Part shown: one piece after another, positions 59,987 through 63,559 of the stretch
How the letters are laid out: every line of letters begins with the position of its first letter
How positions within the stretch are numbered: position 1 is the stretch's first letter
Sequence record: SRR20825006_717
Reading direction: 5' to 3' (one strand)
DNA: 63,559 bases
Program-made: the position numbers and the translations under genes
Notes under the pieces: model-generated
Seen by the model: only the letters and a program-made list of their open reading frames with translations
Told to the model about the DNA's origin: nothing
The model's database searches: none

Positions 59987-61200
59987 AATCTTTCCGCTTT
60001 AATTTCTTGAAACAATGTCAGCAATTCTTCATTCAATGGCTGACCAGTTTTGGTTTGGAAGTAATCTTTAAACAAATCATCCATCTCCTGATTCAGGTTT
60101 ATCGTTTTCCGTTCCGTTGGTTCGCTGCCGACAGTTCGTATTTCGGGAATAATAGCTACAATACCATCGTGTGCTGTCAAAATAGCTTTTCTTTCTGTTG
60201 CCGTCAGATAGCTTTCTGTAACAAGTGTTAGCTCCACTAGTGTATCAGGATGTTGAACGAGCCATTGCAATGCATTCTCTGATCCTTCTGCCCGATAGCG
60301 AATCAATCGCTTTCCGTTATTCAAAGGAATCTGCTCATACTGAATTGGCTTTCCTGGTTCTGCATGAAGAATATTCACAAATTTCTGCTGCTCTGCTTCA
60401 CTAAAACTGTAAGAAAGCGGACTACCTGAATAAACCACAGGACAAGGTAAATCATCCATCTGAAAAGGTCGGTGTAAGTGACCTAATGCAACATACTGAA
60501 TCTGCTCGGGTACATTGGATGTATAAATAGCTTGTGCCCCTCCAACATGATTAATCGGCTTTTCCTCTTCTGGTTCTTCAGGAATCGGCCCACCATTTTT
60601 CACCATAAATAAATGAGTGACTAGAAGGTTTACTCCCTGATTGTCACAAAAGGAATCGGCAAGGTTTTTCCAATGCTCTTCTAAGATTTGTCGTAATTCA
60701 CTTTCCGAATCTTCAATTCCGAGGAATGTCTTCATTCGATACTCATTCGCGTAAGGAGTCAGAATTAACCGAAGAGGAACACCCACATTGGGAAGTTTCA
60801 CTTCAATAAATCCGGGAACAGACTTTGTAACTTCAAGACCAGATTCCAATTGAAACAAAGGAACTGTTGTTGTAGGAAAGCCAGAGAAGACAATTCCACA
60901 CTCTCGTGCTAACGGATCGGGTGCTTCAATGCGCTCAGGTGAGTCATGGTTTCCAGCTATTGCAACAACCAAACGTTTCCCATTATTGGTCAAACACTTG
61001 AGTGTCCTATAAAACAATTCAATTGCCTCTATAGATGGATTGAAGGTATCGAATAAATCACCAGCTACAATAACGGCGTCAACCTCCTGTTTATCTGCAA
61101 TATCACAAATTTCAGCCAAGACGGCCGTTTGCTCTTCCAAACGAGAAAACTGTTCGAGTCGCTTGCCTAAATGCCAATCGGCAGTATGTAAGATTTTCAT
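59983..61200 (-). CDS. sbcD: SbcD (Mre11-like) nuclease
   Basis: HTADWHLG, AGDLFD, GNHDS, LGHLH, YSGSP; ATGA overlap with sbcC. Confidence 0.95.
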   Translation of the reverse strand: MKILHTADWHLGKRLEQFSRLEEQTAVLAEICDIADKQEVDAVIVAGDLFDTFNPSIEAIELFYRTLKCLTNNGKRLVVAIAGNHDSPERIEAPDPLARECGIVFSGFPTTTVPLFQLESGLEVTKSVPGFIEVKLPNVGVPLRLILTPYANEYRMKTFLGIEDSESELRQILEEHWKNLADSFCDNQGVNLLVTHLFMVKNGGPIPEEPEEEKPINHVGGAQAIYTSNVPEQIQYVALGHLHRPFQMDDLPCPVVYSGSPLSYSFSEAEQQKFVNILHAEPGKPIQYEQIPLNNGKRLIRYRAEGSENALQWLVQHPDTLVELTLVTESYLTATERKAILTAHDGIVAIIPEIRTVGSEPTERKTINLNQEMDDLFKDYFQTKTGQPLNEELLTLFQEIKAERL

Positions 61201-61683
61201 TTAAAAAATTATAGAAAGGAATAATAAGTTATTTTGGATTACCTCGAATAAGATATGATAATTTGATAGGGTTTTATTTGGTTCAATTTATTAGGTTAAG
61301 CCACTCATCTCAGGATTCCTGATCTATTCTTATCAAATACCGTCTCATCATCAATTTGAGCCCGCAAGAATAAAGCTTATTCTCGGCTCAATAAACTCAA
61401 AGTATACTCATGTAGTAGTTAACTATTCAAGGGTTTTGCATTGGTTGAAGTTTTTGTTGCAAACAATGACGCAATTAAATCTCAATCCATCAATAGTATT
61501 TTCCGCAAAAATGACTGCGGGAAACCATAATTCTTTCTAAAGAGGAGGTGAGTCGAAAAAGCAACTGTAAACTCGAGAATTCAATTCAGAATAAATTCTG
61601 TAGAAAATAACTCATCCAAGATCACCCTAGCAAGAGACTATTGCAATCTCCAAAAAAAAGCAATCTATTTTCAAGCTTTCTTT

Positions 61684-62028
61684 CTACCCAAAAAAACAAC
61701 CATACTCATCCTCTTCGATAGTTTCTATTATTTTTTAAATATTCATCGAAATTGAAAGCGGTTCGTACAATTCCCATTTTCCACTTGCTCGCATCCAATA
61801 CAATTTCCAGACATTCTGCGATTTTACGAATGTGATTTTCGCAAATGGGTTTTGCATTATTTCATCTAGATTATCCCAAACAGGTCGAATTTCGTGTAAT
61901 TCAAAATTCTTACCATCGTACGCATAGCCAAGGTCTACTTGCTTTCTAACTTCAACGTCAACGGGGCGAATACGTTCGATAAATGATTTTATATACGATT
62001 CATTGATGTCCAACACTCTGTCTTCCAT
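61684..62028 (-). pseudogene. DUF3024 protein with a premature in-frame TAA
   Basis: AKITF...WKLYWMRASGKWELYEP; TAA at 61735-61737 is followed in frame by KIIETIEEDEYGCFFG-TAG. Confidence 0.8.
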
Positions 62029-62156
62029 GATCTATTTTTACTCCTTTACGTCATTTCTCATCAAGTCCGATTCTTTCCAAAGCTGCAATGGATTTTCACT
62101 TTGAAACATCAATAATTCATCTATACCTAGACCTTACATCTGACTCGTAGTATCAA

Positions 62157-62639
62157 CTATTTAAGTAGCTCTTTTAGCTTTGAAACTTCATCCTCATTCA
62201 GAAACTCAAACACCCTAATATTGAAGTCCTCTATTTCCACATTAGAGTTGGTTAAATGATAAGTAGTCGGTGAAAAGAATTTTTTATCATTCTCGACATC
62301 TTCTATTAATCTAACTCTCGTATAGACATTTTTCAAGTTATTATCTGGTTCGGTAATCCCCAAAGGAGGATTGTCGTTTGCAGGCAGCTTCCGAAATTCA
62401 TCGGATGTGAGGAATTCAAGTAACTTATTATTAAAGTCATCAATATTCACGGAAAAATCCGTTCTCTTTTGATTCAAAAAAACATCTCCTTCTTGATCAA
62501 TGGTAATGCTGTTCCAAGTGGTTTGATCAGAAATCTTTGACCACGAAATTATGTGCATTTTGTAGAGCCTTGAACTACTATCTTGAGCTATTAACTGACT
62601 GTAAAACGCGAATGCTAAAACTGTAAGAATTGTCTTCAT
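62157..62639 (-). CDS. Secreted hypothetical protein
   Basis: MKTILTVLAFAFYSQLIAQ signal peptide. Confidence 0.7.
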   Translation of the reverse strand: MKTILTVLAFAFYSQLIAQDSSSRLYKMHIISWSKISDQTTWNSITIDQEGDVFLNQKRTDFSVNIDDFNNKLLEFLTSDEFRKLPANDNPPLGITEPDNNLKNVYTRVRLIEDVENDKKFFSPTTYHLTNSNVEIEDFNIRVFEFLNEDEVSKLKELLK

Positions 62640-62692
62640 TATTATGGTTAAATAAAATAAATTGTCACTTAGCTTTTGTTTGGGATACTTTA

Positions 62693-63361
62693 TTACAACT
62701 GTGATCGTATTATGGATGAAAGCTTCTTTTCACTCAAATTAGCTTTCAATTGTTCCATAAATGATTCACGGTCATTCGATATGTCTTCCAATTTCCCTAA
62801 CCAATCATTCAAACTTCCATACCACATTTCGAACATTCGTAAATCCCAATTTTTAGAGTTGCTTTTTATCAGGTTCAAAACATCTTTAACTTGGGTTTGA
62901 TTACCAATGAATAATGTAAGATAAAGTTTCAACTCAGATAGCTTCGCCAATTGATTCGAATTTGATCTTATCAAAATATCCAACGAATAATTATCAATGA
63001 TTTGAAAAACTTGATCAACAGTTATTTTTTCATCAAAAATGATTTGAAATTGTTGATTTAAGCAATGTATAGCTTCCATGAAATAATCATTATGATTGAG
63101 ATATGGAATTGAAAACTGTACTCCCTTTTTATTGTGTAATTCAATTAAAACAATTGGACTCTCAAAGCAACTCTTCACATCCTTTTTCCAAAGTGGATAA
63201 ATTACAAAATGAGGTCTATAATGATCAAACCCTTTTACTTTAATCAGTTCAACTCCAATAACACAGCATCCAGTTGTCTTGTAGAATTTGTTAGATGAAA
63301 ACATTGATAGTAGAGGAAGTGCCAAATTCCAATCCTCTGCTATTTTTTTTATTTGACTCAT
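62693..63361 (-). CDS. Hypothetical protein
   Basis: 222-aa ORF with ATG start, no recognisable catalytic motif. Confidence 0.7.
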   Translation of the reverse strand: MSQIKKIAEDWNLALPLLSMFSSNKFYKTTGCCVIGVELIKVKGFDHYRPHFVIYPLWKKDVKSCFESPIVLIELHNKKGVQFSIPYLNHNDYFMEAIHCLNQQFQIIFDEKITVDQVFQIIDNYSLDILIRSNSNQLAKLSELKLYLTLFIGNQTQVKDVLNLIKSNSKNWDLRMFEMWYGSLNDWLGKLEDISNDRESFMEQLKANLSEKKLSSIIRSQL

Positions 63362-63559
63362 GTTGTGCTTCTTTCTACTAAGATCTAATTATTTGAATTG
63401 GTAAGCCAAAAATTCGCGAATGTTTTGCAAACTGAGTAGCGCTCATCAGAAATTCACCGTTTCGATTTGTAGTATATGACCGTTGGTAGAAAGTTAACAG
63501 ACATTACACGAAGCATAAAACCTGCTGAGTTTTTCAAAAAACTACTTTCTAATCAAGCA

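Larger units (their letters stand above)
49177..63559 (-). other. tRNA-adjacent accessory/defence region (right end outside the window)
   Basis: Abrupt switch to same-strand defence-type and hypothetical genes plus a pseudogene; no integrase or att duplication seen. Confidence 0.6.

Noticed and set aside
62038-62133. Short minus-strand frame GLGIDELLMFQSENPLQLWKESDLMRNDVKE
   Set aside because: Could be a gene remnant, but too short to support.

Overview
Bacteroidota chromosomal window (Flavobacteriales-like; inferred from TAnnTTTG -7 promoter boxes, T9SS PorP/SprF genes and a type-A CTD protein). Positions 1 to ~49.2 kb are mostly housekeeping: lysA, prfB (uninterrupted), gcvH, tonB, deoC plus two aldehyde dehydrogenase genes, Thr/Tyr/Trp catabolism (threonine dehydrogenase-like, hmgA, hppD, kynA), a LytS/LytTR system, purE, rlmF, a LolC/E-like permease, ribF, iscA-sufBCD, RNase P RNA, an ECF sigma operon, a DUF2723 glycosyltransferase and tRNA-Gln(TTG). 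Beyond the tRNA lies an accessory, probably defence-related region, all on the minus strand. Its core is a tightly coupled six-gene run: sbcD, sbcC, a Cap4-like nuclease (LmuA), an ABC-3C middle component (LmuC), a Rad50-like ATPase (LmuB) and a PLD-nuclease/SNF2 helicase. This apparent joining of SbcCD, a Lamassu/ABC-3C system and a PLD-helicase in one operon is the best candidate for an undescribed system. All family calls come from reading motifs by eye; no searches were run.
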